A stretch of 63,442 nucleotides of DNA, the filler included, from Stramenopiles sp. TOSAG23-6 (taxonomy: Eukaryota): the NCBI GenBank assembly GCA_900128565.1. It is 24 parts of 24 records of this genome, joined end to end, with 100 filler letters (N's around TTAATTAATTAA, not from the genome) between each part and the next. Parts side by side here need not be neighbours in the genome. Positions count along the whole stretch, not along the records: positions 15,942 to 18,496 come from LT637964.1; positions 18,597 to 21,150 come from LT637965.1; positions 21,251 to 23,801 come from LT637966.1; positions 23,902 to 26,451 come from LT637967.1; positions 26,552 to 29,101 come from LT637968.1; positions 29,202 to 31,750 come from LT637969.1; 18 more parts are not named here. One strand, 5' to 3'. Shown here one piece after another: positions 16,001 to 29,318 of this stretch. Position numbers and translations under genes: made by a program. Numbering within the stretch: the stretch's first letter is position 1; every line of letters begins with the position of its first letter. The notes under the pieces are model-generated. The model was not told the origin of the DNA, made no database searches, and was given only the letters and a program-made list of their open reading frames with translations.

Positions 16001-16250
16001 GGGATATACATCCCTTCAACCAGTGTCCAGTGCAATATGCGTTATTGTAGTGATTTTTCTTACTGATAACAAATTTCACCTACAAAAACCTGGTTACAAC
16101 TTATTAGGGGGGATAGGAATATTAGCTGGATTAAGTTGTATTATTTACGAACAAAATCGAGAACAAAAAAAAATACAGAAACATTTAAATCAGGGTAACT
16201 CTACTCATGAGAGTCAAAGTGAGAATTTACTTTCATCTTCAGACAATTAA
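16001..16250 (+). CDS. Terminal exon of a membrane protein, following a truncated family intron (15942-16000)
   Basis: Two hydrophobic segments in the frame opening directly after CAAAATACAT. Confidence 0.55.
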
Positions 16251-16740
16251 AATAAAATTCGACGTAAAAAAAAACACAAATACACTTTTTCATTTATACA
16301 ATTTAAAAAGTTATTTTAGTAAAAAACTGAATCGGACTACACTCATTGTGTAACAAAAGTAGTACAATACAAAATTTTACACCATCAAAAAGACAAAATT
16401 TTACATCATCAAAAAGACAAAATTTTACATCATCAAAAAGACAAGAGACATTTTTTCAAGACTAAAAAAATCAATAGAAAAAATCATAGGAAACTTCACG
16501 AAACTTCAAAATATTATGAAATAAAACACCACACATACATCAACCAATTCTGTTGATTGCTTCTTAAAATTTTCCAGTCCCAGAAATTTAAATTAAAACT
16601 CTAACCCTAACCCAGAAATTCAAAGTAATGAAGTAAGTAACCAAGAACAAAAGTAAAAAAGAAATCATAGAAATAACCCAAACCAAAACAATATAAATCC
16701 ACGAAATTAGTTAATATAAAGTATAGCAAATACATTTAGA

Positions 16741-18496
16741 TTAATACGGTGTACGACGCATCGTATTTGTAGCAGTTCGAACCGGACCTGCAGTACCTCC
16801 GGAAGCGCTTGTTTGTTGTTGTCCATAGGGTACACTTCCATAAGCGCCTCCATAGTAAGCAGGATTAGCAGCATATCCTTGAGGAGCAGCTACATAAGCT
16901 TGTGTATTGACTGCAGATGTTGGAGCTGTGCCTGTTGCATTGTTTGTAGCTGGTTTTCCTTGAGGTGGATAACCTGCTTGATAACTACTGGCAGCTGGAA
17001 CACCATAACTTGGAGGAGCTGTATGGGTTGCGGAATTAGTGGATTTTTGAGTACCAGTGGCAGCTGTTCCATAGCTAGCACCATGCATTGGAGGTGCATC
17101 ACCTGTTGCTTTCTGAGCATATGATTGCCTGGCGGCAGCAGCAGCTGCACCGCCACCACCATAAGAATACATACTACCATAAGGAGGCATATGACCATAT
17201 TGAGCTGCATGTTGTGTATATCCATACCCACTTGCAGGTGGATATCTAGCTCCTCCACCATATCCGTATTGTTGTGCATACCCACCGGCGTTGTACCCAC
17301 CGGCGTAACCACCACCATACTGTTGGGTTCCATAACCACCACCATTATACATGCCTCGATTATGGTTATTGTTCTGATTGTTTCTAGGAGGAGTTGCGGT
17401 CGAGACATTACATGTCAAATCTTTGATCTGTACAAATCTAGAAGCAATTGCTCTCTGGGGTGCTCCCAGTGCATCCTCCGAAAATGTGACAAAACCATAA
17501 CCTTTGCAACGGCCCGTCTGACCATCACGAACAATGTTACATGCATCGATTCGACCATATTGCGCAAAAACTTCTAACAAATCATTTTCCAATATATGGT
17601 CACGAAGTCCACCAACAAAAATTTTTCTGTCACTACTTCCGACAGCAGGAGCACCACCACCACCACCACCAGATGCTGCATTTGAATAATTTGAATAATT
17701 TGAAGCAGGAGGTTTGTGATGGCCTGGAGGAGTACTTGATTTAACAGTCAAAATTCTTTCCATAAATTTGAGTGCCTCAGGATTTTGAACTATAAGAGGA
17801 TGGTTTCCAGCAATAAGTGATCTTGCTACTCTAACATCTTCAAAGGAAATAAAACCGAAACCCTTCGACTGATTTGTTACGCGATCTCGAACGACTTTAC
17901 AATCCTCAATTTTTCCAAATTTGCTGAAGAAATGATAAACTTCTTCATCAGTGGCTCCAAAAAATATCCCAGCGACAAAAATTTTTCGTTCATGTCTTTC
18001 GTGATCTGGTGCCGCAGGTGCATTAGCCATATACGTTTCAGGATTTATATACGATACAGGTTTTGTTCCATTCGTCGCTGCAGCTGGGTTTTCTGTGGTA
18101 GGTTGAATCTCGTTGGCGGCGGCGAGGGCGGCAGCGAGGGCGGTATTCGTGCCTGTTTCTTCTTTTTTATCTTGCCCCGTTTCGTTGTTGGAGCCATTTG
18201 TATCTTCCTCTTGAACATCAGATTTCTCCTGGTTTTCAGCTTCAACTTCTTTTTCAGCAACCTTAATACTTTCAGTCTCAGTTTCATTCTCAGTAGGTAC
18301 TGTGGCTGTGGGTGGAGAGACTTTTGTTTTAGCAAGTTCATCTTCCTCTGCAACAACTTCAGAAGGCTTAGTGTCTTTCAATGACGCATCAGTTTCCTCT
18401 GATGTAATCACTTCATCCGAAGTTTCTTTCGCGTCTATTTGGTCTCCTTCCACCTCCTCCAGTCTCGCAATTAGTTCAGCTTTTCGCCCATGTGTG
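16741..18496 (-). CDS. hnRNP A/Musashi-like RNA-binding protein: SAP-like tail, two RRMs, G/Y-rich tail; 5'-truncated
   Basis: KIFVAGI/KGFGFISF and KIFVGGL/KGYGFVTF RNP motifs; frame extends upstream to GRKAELIARL. Confidence 0.9.
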
Positions 18497-18651
18497 NNNN
18501 NNNNNNNNNNNNNNNNNNNNNNNNNNNNNNNNNNNNNNNNTTAATTAATTAANNNNNNNNNNNNNNNNNNNNNNNNNNNNNNNNNNNNNNNNNNNNATTT
18601 TTTTTTTTTTTTTTTTTGGATAATAAAACAAAAACATTCAAAAAAACGTAC

Positions 18652-20617
18652 ATTACTGTTGGTACTTGATCAAAACCATCAAAACCATCAAAATAAATTT
18701 TGTATTGCTGAAAATTTTGGTACAAATACATTTTACTTAAAATTGAATTTGCATTTCGTTTACTATGTTTCCCAGAAATTTCTATTTTTTGAATGGCTTC
18801 AAGTAATTCATTATCAAACACAAATTTTAATTGTCTATTTTTTGTTTTTTTTGGGTTAGGGTTAGGGTTTGTTTGAACATTTGATATCAACGTTTTAAAT
18901 TCACCAGGAATGTGTTCAATTTTTGGTATTATACCAATATTAGCTAATCCAATTTGGAATTTATTTGTAATGAGTGTATTAATATTATCTATTGTATTAC
19001 TTGGTTTTGTATATAAAACTTCATTCATTTTTAAAATTGTTTTTTCAAGATTTAAATCAAGATTTAAATCAAGATTTTTATCAGAATGTTTCGTCTTTAT
19101 ATTTTTTATTTCTTCCATATTTCGTGTGTTCGTTGCATCGTTGTTTTTTTGATGTACTATATTTTGTAATGTTGTTAAAATCCATAAAAACGAACAAGAT
19201 GATGTAATTGGTTGTAATAACCCTATTTTGTGAAAAAGTAAGTTCAATTTGAAATGTGTTATGACGACGACGTACATAAATTACATATTGAATGATGTTG
19301 ACAATTTCCGTTATTCTGTTGTGAATCTCTACTTGTTATTGTGTGGTGTGTTGTAGAAGAGTTTAATTTCGAATTTCTTAATGATTTTTCTTGATTTTTT
19401 TTTGAGTGTTTCTTGTTATAACTTTTTCTATGATTTTTATGACTCGGTGAATTTTGACCACCACCTCCTCCCATATACTGAAGAGCATTAATATAGTATA
19501 ACAAATCATTTTTACAAATCTTATCATAGTCTATACGTCTCGCATGTATTAACTCTGAAAACTCATTTAAACTCATTTTGATACTATTTTTTTGATGTTT
19601 TTGATGTTTTTGATTTTTGATATTGTTTTGATGTGTAGTATTTTCATCAGATAAGTTATATTCATCATTGTTTACATGATTATTATTGAAATCATTACTG
19701 AAATGATCATTACATTGATCATTGTTTACATCATAATTAGAGTTCAATTTTTGTTGTACTAATATAGGGTTTGTAGACAATAATGCTCTTGTGTAATAAC
19801 TTGGTATAAAACAAAAATGTTTTTGATCACCAGAACAATCATTTTCAAAATGTTCAAAATTGTTTTTTTGTTCTCTTATATTTGAATGACGTCCACCACA
19901 TGTTTCATAATCATAATAATCATCATTACATAAAATTATTTTTTCTTTTACAATTTGAAAATTTTTTAAAATTTTAAAAATGGCAGAGTGATCAGTAGCT
20001 AAATTATTAAAAATATTTTGTCGAAGATGCAATGTGGAATCATAAATTATACATAATTTGTACAATGATACTATTGAATCACTAAAATCATTATTCCTAT
20101 TTAAATCAATGATTGGTGTTTTTGAAATAAGCAGTTTTGTGACAACACTTGTCATTCTTGCGACGGCGACATGTAACTTTGAATGATTTGGAAAAAGAAT
20201 TTTGATAATCAATACTGACTTCTTTTCATATTTTTGAATAATAAGTGGTAATAAAGCTTCACGAATAGCAACAAGAGTAATATCTATGTTACGAAGTATT
20301 CCTAAAAAATATAATAAAGTTCTTTTACAACTTCGTATTAATGTTTGACTGACATCATCATAATTCTTTACAACTACTTCACTTTGAGTCCCTTTTTCAT
20401 CACCAGCCTTCGTTTCTTTAAATCGGTTTTCTTTGGATTGTACAGCAGTATCTTTTTCATTCGCAATGCTGCCTGCAGTAGCACCGGCCAACCACGGCGC
20501 TGAATCAAGATTACGCAAATATTTACGAATAACAGGAGTACGTATCCCAGAAAATGATTCTGGAATACGGTCATTGACTTCGTTTTTATCGTACATTTTT
20601 CTGAATTTGTCATAGTT
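18652..20617 (-). CDS. Hypothetical Asn-rich protein; exons 20617-19276 and 19222-18652
   Basis: Two ORFs joined in frame by a 53-nt GT-AG intron; family intron starts at 18651. Confidence 0.6.
19223..19275 (-). other. Canonical GT-AG intron
   Basis: GTACGT...TTTTTCACAAAATAG; explains the apparent frameshift. Confidence 0.75.
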
Positions 20618-21250
20618 NNNNNNNNNNNNNNNNNNNNNNNNNNNNNNNNNNNNNNNNNNNACCATAGGCTGCGACATCAGCTGATAAAACGTAGAGTGTG
20701 AAACAATACACGAATGATTTGAGTCTCCAACTTTGAATTTTTCGAAACATTCTTTAAGAATATTTAGTAGCGTTTTTTAATGTCAATTACAAATATAGAA
20801 TACTCTTTCGAATCCTGTGTAATATTTATATGATCTAGATCTAGATCAATTTACACACAGGATAGTATGGATACGATCTAGATCCGAATTTGAATTTAAA
20901 TTTCGAAATCTGAAAAATCTGAGCGGACAAAATTCGAATAAATTAATAAATACGATTTTTCAGATTTTGCAATTTTATAAATCAAATAAAATATTTCAAA
21001 ATACAACTTTATTTTACTTTTTAATCGTTGAATTCTTCAATTTCATCGTCAATTTCAAATTTATTATTTCCATAAAGAGAAGGGAAATCATTCTGTATCG
21101 TAGTATCAGTATGATTTTTATATTGTTTCAAAGACTTTTGTATTGTTTGTNNNNNNNNNNNNNNNNNNNNNNNNNNNNNNNNNNNNNNNNNNNNTTAATT
21201 AATTAANNNNNNNNNNNNNNNNNNNNNNNNNNNNNNNNNNNNNNNNNNNN

Positions 21251-22855
21251 TTTTTTGAGTTGCTTTTCATATTTATCCACGAGAACTATTGGTGGTTTTA
21301 TAAAGCGTTTCCTTAGGTAAGCAATACCTATAGGGTGACTTGCAAAACGAGCAAATGTTCCAAATGCTAATTGATCTGTGACTACTTTCCTCACCTCATC
21401 AAACATATCTAATGAAATTGATTTATCAGAGCCAACAATTTGAGCATCTAATACCCTATCCCGCTGAGCTGTAGATATTGAAGGTAAAATCATTGCTGGG
21501 GCTACAAATAATTCTGTAATTTCTACAATTTCTGCAGCAAACCTTTTCGGGTTTTCTTCTGGATCTATCTGTCGGAATTTTTCTACACGGAGCCAAAAGT
21601 CAACACGAAATTGTGATTCCGATTTTGTTGCATACATGCGGAAAATGTCAAATCCTTCTGGATCTCTCAATGTTTTCAATAATGCAACTCGTTGAAGTTC
21701 TTCTGGAGTATTACGAAGATCTTCAACTTTAAATCCTCGGTACTCATCAAGTTTTCTTTCTCGTTTATCTTCCCACCACATAATGTAACGATCGCGCTCT
21801 CTTTTTGCAATTCGAATTTGTCGTTTCGCATCTCGTACTAGAGGATGCTTCTTTCGTTTTATTTTTCCACTTTTCTTTTGTTTTGGCTTTTTTGTACGAC
21901 GTGTGTTATAATCCATCATTGCTGGAGCATGCTGCTCATGGAAATTATGAGCTTCATGTTCATTGGTATAAGCAGTTGTTGTAGCCACATTCATTTCATC
22001 ATACCGAAGCTTTTCCTCTAATTGTGCTTTATATTTAATCCACAAAGCTTCAGCGCGATCAAAATTTTTGCCTTTGAGTAAAACACCACCGAGTGAACTG
22101 ATCGCAGCCATAACATAGTGAGAATCAAGTTCATAATGAGAACGTCTAATTGTCAATGCTCGCATGATGTTCTCTTCTGCATCTTTGTATCGCCCAAGTT
22201 CACGACGAACTGCACCTAAAGTCATCAATGTATCCGCAATACAAGGATGATTTTTACCAAAAGCGAGCTCCCGAACTTCAAGACCTTTTGCAATGAAAGT
22301 ATCCGCTGGAGGAAATTGTTTCTCTCTGAAATAATATTGACCAACTTCTATTTCGGTGGGTCGCGCAGAGTATTGTGAAAAATATGTCATATTTGAAATT
22401 CGTTAGGTACGAAATATAGTACAAAAACAAAATTGAAATTAATTAAAGTGAAGAACGCACAACATTGATAGCTTCGCTTTCCAGAAATCTCGATCTCCTG
22501 GAACCGGCACGGTCTCCTCCTTTTTTTTTGTATCATCTACTAACGTCGTAGGGTCCACGTCTGGCATGAGACCTCGTAGTTTATTGACTAAACCTGATGA
22601 TACAGAAAGTGAAAATTGCAGAGGTTTTTTTCTTTTTAGTTTATGTTTCTGAAGTTTTGACAATTTAGACAAGTCAACAGCTATGCCCTCTCCTTTTAAA
22701 ACTTTAGTGGATTTTGTTTTACTACCTACAATACTCGCTAATGTAGCATTTTTATCACCATCCAAATTTGGTTTTTCTAAAAGTTCTCCATTCCACCAAG
22801 CTTCCATTTGTTTTTTTCGATATACTTCAGCGTTATACTGCTTGAATATCGAAAG
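21251..22855 (-). CDS. TPR-repeat (kinesin-light-chain type) plus RGS-domain protein, partial
   Basis: GKNHPCIADTLMTLG..RELGRYKDAEE TPRs; RGS-like LRDPEG..F....FWL.VEKFR...FDE.....TFARF. Confidence 0.75.
22368..22460 (-). mobile_element. Family intron, variant end (GT...TC)
   Basis: TT|GTGCG...GTACCTAAC...CACAATACTC; joins the two ORFs in frame. Confidence 0.75.
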
Positions 22856-23068
22856 NNNNNNNNNNNNNNNNNNNNNNNNNNNNNNNNNNNNNNNNNNNNN
22901 NNNNNNNNNNNNNNNNNNNNNNNNNNNNNNNNNNNNNNNNNNNNNNNNNNNNNNNNNNNNNNNNNNNNNNNNNNNNNNNNNNNNNNNNNNNNNNNNNNNN
23001 NNNNNNNNNNTCATCACTCGTCGAAATCCTGCAGACGCGTCAATGGAATGCGCAGCACCAAATGAGGC

Positions 23069-23158
23069 ATGTTTTGTGAAAAAAAGGTTTTGGTTTAAAA
23101 AAAATCGTTAGGTACAACATTTGGTACGAATATTTTTTTGTATATGATGAAAACATAC
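23069..23158 (-). mobile_element. GT-AT introner-like intron
   Basis: AT|GTATG...GTACCTAAC...CACAAAACAT. Confidence 0.8.
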
Positions 23159-23801
23159 ATATGAGAATCGTATGCATTATATGCAATGAGTTGTTCTTTA
23201 AGAGCTTCGACAGCTTTTGAAAGAACTAAAACAGGTCTACTTGTACACATACTTACTAACTCGCCCTTTACACGATCACCTGCCGTAACTCGAATACGGA
23301 ATTTTTTACCTCCGTGCTGAGGCCACTGAGATGGCTCAGAAAAAGACATTCGAATTTTCAGTAAAAGGTCCTCTAAATTCATTTGAGGGCCAATGATTCT
23401 ATCTACATTATGAAGGCGTAATATGCTCTGATCTTGTACCTTCAGATGATTTTCGTAACACAGTGTGATGCGTAATGGGAGGAATCCAATGAGATTCTCT
23501 GGTTGACGTATTCGTAATCGAATTTCAGTGTCAAAGTAATATTTTGCATTGTATTTTCCACCTACGACAAAGAATGTTTCTGGTGGTTCTACCTCAAAAG
23601 CTAAAGAAGGTTTTAAAGATTGTGGCTCATTATTAGCAAACAACTCTCGTAAGTCACCTCGAGCTTTATCTATATCGAGATATAATCCTGATCCCCACCT
23701 AGGGGCTTTGACATGTGTATGCTCAAGTAATGGTACCCAATATAATTGCTGCAAGGAACCATCTTTCAAAGTTATGCACTTCTTTTTTATATGACCATCA
23801 A
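23159..23801 (-). CDS. Hypothetical protein exon
   Basis: Open frame over 200 codons ending at a family donor. Confidence 0.55.
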
Positions 23802-23963
23802 NNNNNNNNNNNNNNNNNNNNNNNNNNNNNNNNNNNNNNNNNNNNTTAATTAATTAANNNNNNNNNNNNNNNNNNNNNNNNNNNNNNNNNNNNNNNNNNN
23901 NTTTTGTTAGGTACAAAATTTTTTTACTAAAAAAAAAAAAAAAAAATCAAAATTCACAATATA

Positions 23964-26332
23964 TGGGCTCAAGGAATTTTAGGTTTAGCTGAAAAGATTC
24001 AAAAAGACTCACCCAATTGGGATCTTTTGATGACTTTGCATACTGCAGATAATTCTTTTGATGCAACTTTGGCAAAGAGTATTACAGAACTGCTCAAAGG
24101 ACTGCTTACCAAAAATCCAACGGAGAGAATCGGTCTTGCCGACGTTTTGCAACATCCATGTATATTTTATTTTTTTTGTTTTTTGTTTTTTTTACTATGA
24201 AATTTTTTTTTTTTTTTTCAAATTTTTTTTTTCGTACGAAATTTTGTACCTAACAATTTTTTTTGATTTTTTTTTTAAATATTGTCTTAAAATACATGGT
24301 TGACTCGATCTGGGCGTGACACTCAAATTTCCATGGGAGAAGAAACTCCTGAAATTGTCAAAGTTACACCAACAGAAATCAACGAAGCAGTGTATACAAT
24401 AAAATCTCTTGTATATATTGTCAAATTGAAAAGTCATATGCATAAACGGCTTTTAGTTGCACGAGATTCGATTGATCAGAAACATCAGCAATCTAACCCT
24501 AACCCTACGCATCAGCAATTGAATCAAAAACGTTTACATTCGTGTGAGGAGGTTCATGACAATAGTACAAACAAAACAACAAATAAAACATTGCGAATGA
24601 TATCTGATACAAAACAAAACAATACATCAACAAAAACAAAAGAAACGAAAACAAAAGACAAACATCTTCATACAAACCCTAGCAACGCTAATACAATATC
24701 ACAATTGAATACAATATCACAATTGAATACAATATCACAATTGAATACAAAAAACACAACTCAAGAGGGAAAAACATCAAATGAAAACAAAAAAGTAGAC
24801 AGTACACAATTGAAACCTTCAACAACAATGACAGATAATTGTCTCGTAGACCACAATACTTCACACAATTCAACAAATATTCATTTTGGAATACCATTAA
24901 CTGGAGGTGGCGACCTCGTAGATAAGTTTCATGCTAGTCCAAAAGTCACAATGACTTTGAAGTCTAGTTTAGGTAAAATTGATAAAGTTACAGTTGTCAA
25001 TTTATCTAGACAATTGCGTTCTAGTGAATCGATTGATAATGATTCATTTAGTACAGAATCGGCCAAGTCACAAATGAAAAGACTTCACTCCTTTTCACAA
25101 ATTCGAGATATAATGCAGTGTAGTGCTGAAAATATTCAAAATGTATATAAACATGGCAAAGTAAAAGGTAAAAAGTTGAGTAGTACAACAAATGTAGATA
25201 TCGATGATACTGAAACATCTGATGATGATGATTTTGGTATTAATACAGCTCAGATTCTTGTAACTAATAACAACTCTGGTATTGCCGTCTTGAATAATAA
25301 TAATAGAATATTATCTGATAGCTCTGTGAAACAAATGTATAAACAATCGTATAGCTATGACAATGTTTCAGATGTTGCAAAGTGGAATTCACATGGAAGT
25401 TTAAAAAGTTTAAAAAGTGTAGACGAGGATTATCTTAGTATCAGTGACGAAGCTTCTCTTGGATCAGATTACGAGGATGCTCAAGTTGTCGATGATATAT
25501 CAAATGTATTCAATAAAGACGTTGTTATGGGAGATGATACAACAACAACAACAAGAAGTTCAAGAAATAAAATAAAAACAAATACATGGCCCATCTCCGA
25601 AGAAAATACAACTAAAATGATCATCCAACATGAAGGCGGTGTTCAAAATAAAGCTATTAAAGTAAATATTGGAGGCGCTACATCACAGGGTCGCAGAACG
25701 TCACAGGAAGATCGTTATACATGTTTACCCACGCTCGGTCGAAGAGTAGTTTTAGGATTGGAAGAAGGACATGTCAGTGCGCGTAGGTTTTTTTTTAATT
25801 TTTTTTTTTTTTTTTTTTNACACGAAATGTTACAACATTTTTTTTTTTTTAGTTTTTTTTTTCATACTAAAATTTGTACCTAAGAAAAAAACCTTGATTT
25901 TTTTTTTTCACAATACATCTGGAGCTCCAACAGGAATCCAAAATATGAGTGATGATTTGAGCACTGCTTTTGTTGGTGTTTATGATGGACATAATGGCAT
26001 TGAAATAGCTCAGTTATTGAAGGAAAGATTACACGTTCTTGTGGCAAGAAGCAAACATTTTTGGGCTAATCCAGAAAAAGCTCTGAGAGATGCTTGTACG
26101 TTTTTTTTTTTTGTTTTTTAATTTTTTTCATACGAAATATGTATAGACAACAAAATGATGAAATGTTTGAAATATTTTTTCATACGAAATTTTGTACCTA
26201 ACAAACTTTTTATACCTAACAGAATCATTAAATGTTTGAAATCTTTGTTGACAATAAATGGACGGCTCTAGATGAAGAGTGTTTGAAAAAATCAGAAAAA
26301 GAGAAATACTATTCAGGGTCAACGGCTACCGT
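23964..26332 (+). CDS. Protein kinase C-lobe end, long linker, then PP2C phosphatase domain; partial
   Basis: LLTKNPTERIGLADVLQHPW; QGRRTSQEDR, FVGVYDGHNG and SGSTA after removing three introns. Confidence 0.8.
24160..24297 (+). mobile_element. GT-AT introner-like intron
   Basis: Splits the Trp codon of kinase motif HPW (T|GG). Confidence 0.9.
25783..25918 (+). mobile_element. GT-AT introner-like intron
   Basis: GC|GTAGG...CACAATACAT; restores the frame into PP2C DGH. Confidence 0.85.
26096..26259 (+). mobile_element. GT-AT introner-like intron with internal duplication
   Basis: TT|GTACG...ACAATAAAT; restores the frame to SGSTA. Confidence 0.8.
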
Positions 26333-26397
26333 GTACGTTTTCTCCTTTTTTTTTTAATTTTTTTATTTTTTTATTTTCTACAAAACAAACTTTTTTC

Positions 26398-26430
<33 letters not shown>

Positions 26431-26551
26431 GGTTTTTTTTTTTTTCAAAAANNNNNNNNNNNNNNNNNNNNNNNNNNNNNNNNNNNNNNNNNNNNTTAAT
26501 TAATTAANNNNNNNNNNNNNNNNNNNNNNNNNNNNNNNNNNNNNNNNNNNN

Positions 26552-27855
26552 TTCTTGAGTGTGCTAACGCTACATCATCTAAAGTTAATACTCTACCATC
26601 ATGATAAACATCATCCATAATTGGTTTTATACTCCCTTTTTCTATTAAAGGCCAAACTTCTTTAAAAAGTGCCGTTGCAAGTCTTGATTTTGTTTCTATT
26701 TTTTGTGAACGTAATGTGGATCCAGTCATTGTTATTTGTTTCAAGAGTAATCGCATAATATTAAAGTTTTTAGCCACCGAGCCATTCCCCCCCATAAAAC
26801 CAATATGAATCAAATGCCCATTTTGGCGTAAAATGTCGATATTGTTTTGTAAATGTATTTTGGGAAAATATTTTAAAAATTGATGAAAAATGTTTGGTAA
26901 AAGATTTTTTGTCAATTGATGTATTTGGAAAAAAATTTAAAAAAAAAATCTACATACATAATCACCACCCACCATATCAAGAATCATATCAACATTCTTA
27001 CCACAATGTTTCACAATTTCCTCCTTGAAATCTTGTTTTTTATGTATTGCGAAAAAATATTTTTTTTGTAGTGTAAAAAAGTTGTTAGGAATAAAAACTT
27101 TTTACNAAAAAAAAAAAAAAAANAGGNAAAAAATTAGGGTTAGGGTTGATAGAAACATACATAATTTATAACTAATGATGCTCCCAAGTCTTCACATACT
27201 TTGCACTTTGTAGTAGATCCAGCTGTTGTTATAACATTCATGTATTTTGGGGAAATATTTTTAAAAAAATAAATCATTAGGTACAAAATTTGCTAGAAAA
27301 AACAAATTCGAAAGTGAAGTGAATGTCGAAATATATTCCTTTTGCAACAGCCAGTTGGATTGCTGAAGTACCAATTCCAGAACTACCTCCATGAACTAAT
27401 AGCGTTCGCCCAGGACTTAAAGGATTGGGGTTAGGATAATTTTCACATAAATTAAACCATACTGTGCTAAACGTTTCGGGAAGCGCGGCTGCCTCGCGCA
27501 AAGTTGTCCTACTTGGAACTGGAAGACAACATCGTGCAGGTGCAGCTGCAAACTCTGCATAACCACCACCAGCAATAAGAGTACACACCTTTGCACCCTT
27601 CACAAGTTCCTTTCCATCAGCACCAAACAAAGGTTGACTAGGAGTTTGACATACAGTTCCTGATACCTCTAAACCTGGTATATCTGAAGCACCTTTTGGA
27701 GGTTTGTACATTCCTTGTCGCTGTATGACATCTGGTCTATTTATTCCAGCATATGCTACTTTTATAAGCACTTCTTGCGAATTAGGAATAGGTATGGGTC
27801 TTCTCGTTATATGTAGCGCATTGGACATTATTTCAACAGCCTTCATCATTTTCAT
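26552..27855 (-). CDS. NADPH quinone oxidoreductase (PIG3-like MDR family), 4 exons
   Basis: GINRPDVIQRQG, PGLEVSG, AAALPE, LVHGGSSGIGTSAIQLA, GSTLRS. Confidence 0.92.
26853..26957 (-). mobile_element. GT-AT introner-like intron
   Basis: Joins DMVGGDY|LQNN. Confidence 0.9.
27042..27160 (-). mobile_element. GT-AT introner-like intron containing two telomere-type hexamers
   Basis: Joins INY|KKQDF. Confidence 0.9.
27240..27334 (-). mobile_element. Family intron with an AT donor instead of GT
   Basis: AT|ATATTT...GTACCTAAT...CAAAATACAT; joins AKG-M-NVITTAGS. Confidence 0.85.
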
Positions 27856-28241
27856 AATTACGCACAAGTTAATGCCGCAGTTGAGTTAATTGTTCAAATT
27901 GTAATAAATAAATGGTTATTGTGTAATTAGGTTTTCGTTGTGGGACTTTCGATTTAGATTTGACAGACAGGCAGCTGCAGTCAAAAAGTGACGTCATCAT
28001 TGCATTCATCCGTCGAGCGAGAGAGTAACTGTAAAAAAAACTGTGGTATACCCATAATCATCTACTATCTCTAATTAATTGCCAAAACCTCACTCTTTTC
28101 ATCTAATAGAATCGTGCGAGACAAAGAATAAAGTCTCAATAATACTACAATTGTTATTGACTGTTGTTTTCCACATTGAAAATTAAAAGGGAAGAATAGT
28201 AGGAATAAAATTTTATCTCTATAACCTCTACAAGTAAAATA

Positions 28242-28918
28242 ATGCCACCGTGTAAGCATGTACCAAATGCAAAGGTTTGTTCTAATAATATTATTTTTCC
28301 ATGTACTACATTATAACATATTTTGAATATGTCCATATCTAATAGTAAAACATATTCTATATATTCACATATATAGTTTGAAGTTTTCACAGGGGAGCGT
28401 TGGTATGATTGTTATCTATGCTCAAAAGAAGCGGAATTGAGAGAGTTTAAAATACCAAATATTTTGTCACTTCGGTGTAAAACGTGCAACACTCCATTTA
28501 GGAAAGACCTTAAATACTTTACTGCAGAAGATGAGACATGTCCACAATGTGGGGAACAATTATTCGTTGTACGTCTTCAGATTCTTTTTCATTTTCTTAC
28601 ATTTCTTTATTCCAAAGTGTCACTTTTATTTTTTTATTTTCTTACATTTCTTTATTCCAAAGTGTCACTTTTATTTTAAAAAAATATATATATATATATT
28701 GAAATATTCAGCACCTTGTATATATACACAATCAATAGAGCGCAGAGTTACCAGTAGCTGTTGTAGAATCGAAAAAACAGGCAGCAAAATCAATTGAGGA
28801 TGAAAAATTACGAAAGGATCCGAAAGAAATTGCAAGACGTAAAGCGAAGTTGATTGCAAAACAAAAGGCACTTGCACAAAATCCAAATTATAAAGGAAAG
28901 AAACCTGATGGTAGATAA
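28242..28918 (+). CDS. Small CHY-like zinc-finger protein; GT-AG introns at 28275-28376 and 28569-28738
   Basis: CKH..NA, WYDC..C, CKTC..PFRKD, DETCPQC. Confidence 0.7.
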
Positions 28919-29318
28919 TTTTTACATCAAATAAATAAAGGAAAGAAGCCTGATGGTATAGATAATTTTTACATCAAATAAATAAAATGTACAATACTTA
29001 TTATTTTGCACTTTTATATGTACAAGAGTCATTTATATGTAAAAAATATATGTACAAGAGTCATTTATATGTAAAAAATATATGTACAAGAGTCATTTAT
29101 ANNNNNNNNNNNNNNNNNNNNNNNNNNNNNNNNNNNNNNNNNNNNTTAATTAATTAANNNNNNNNNNNNNNNNNNNNNNNNNNNNNNNNNNNNNNNNNNN
29201 NAAATTTTTTTTTTGGAAAAAAATTTAAAAAAAAAAAAAAATCTAAAAAATTTGTTAGGTAAAAAATTTTAAAAAAAAAAAAAAAAAAAATTTCAAAAAA
29301 AAAATAAATAAAACATAC

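Noticed and set aside
16813-18384. Antisense and alternative-frame ORFs over the RRM gene, and similar short ORFs elsewhere
   Set aside because: Shadow ORFs of real genes or translations of intron sequence, with no independent coding signal.
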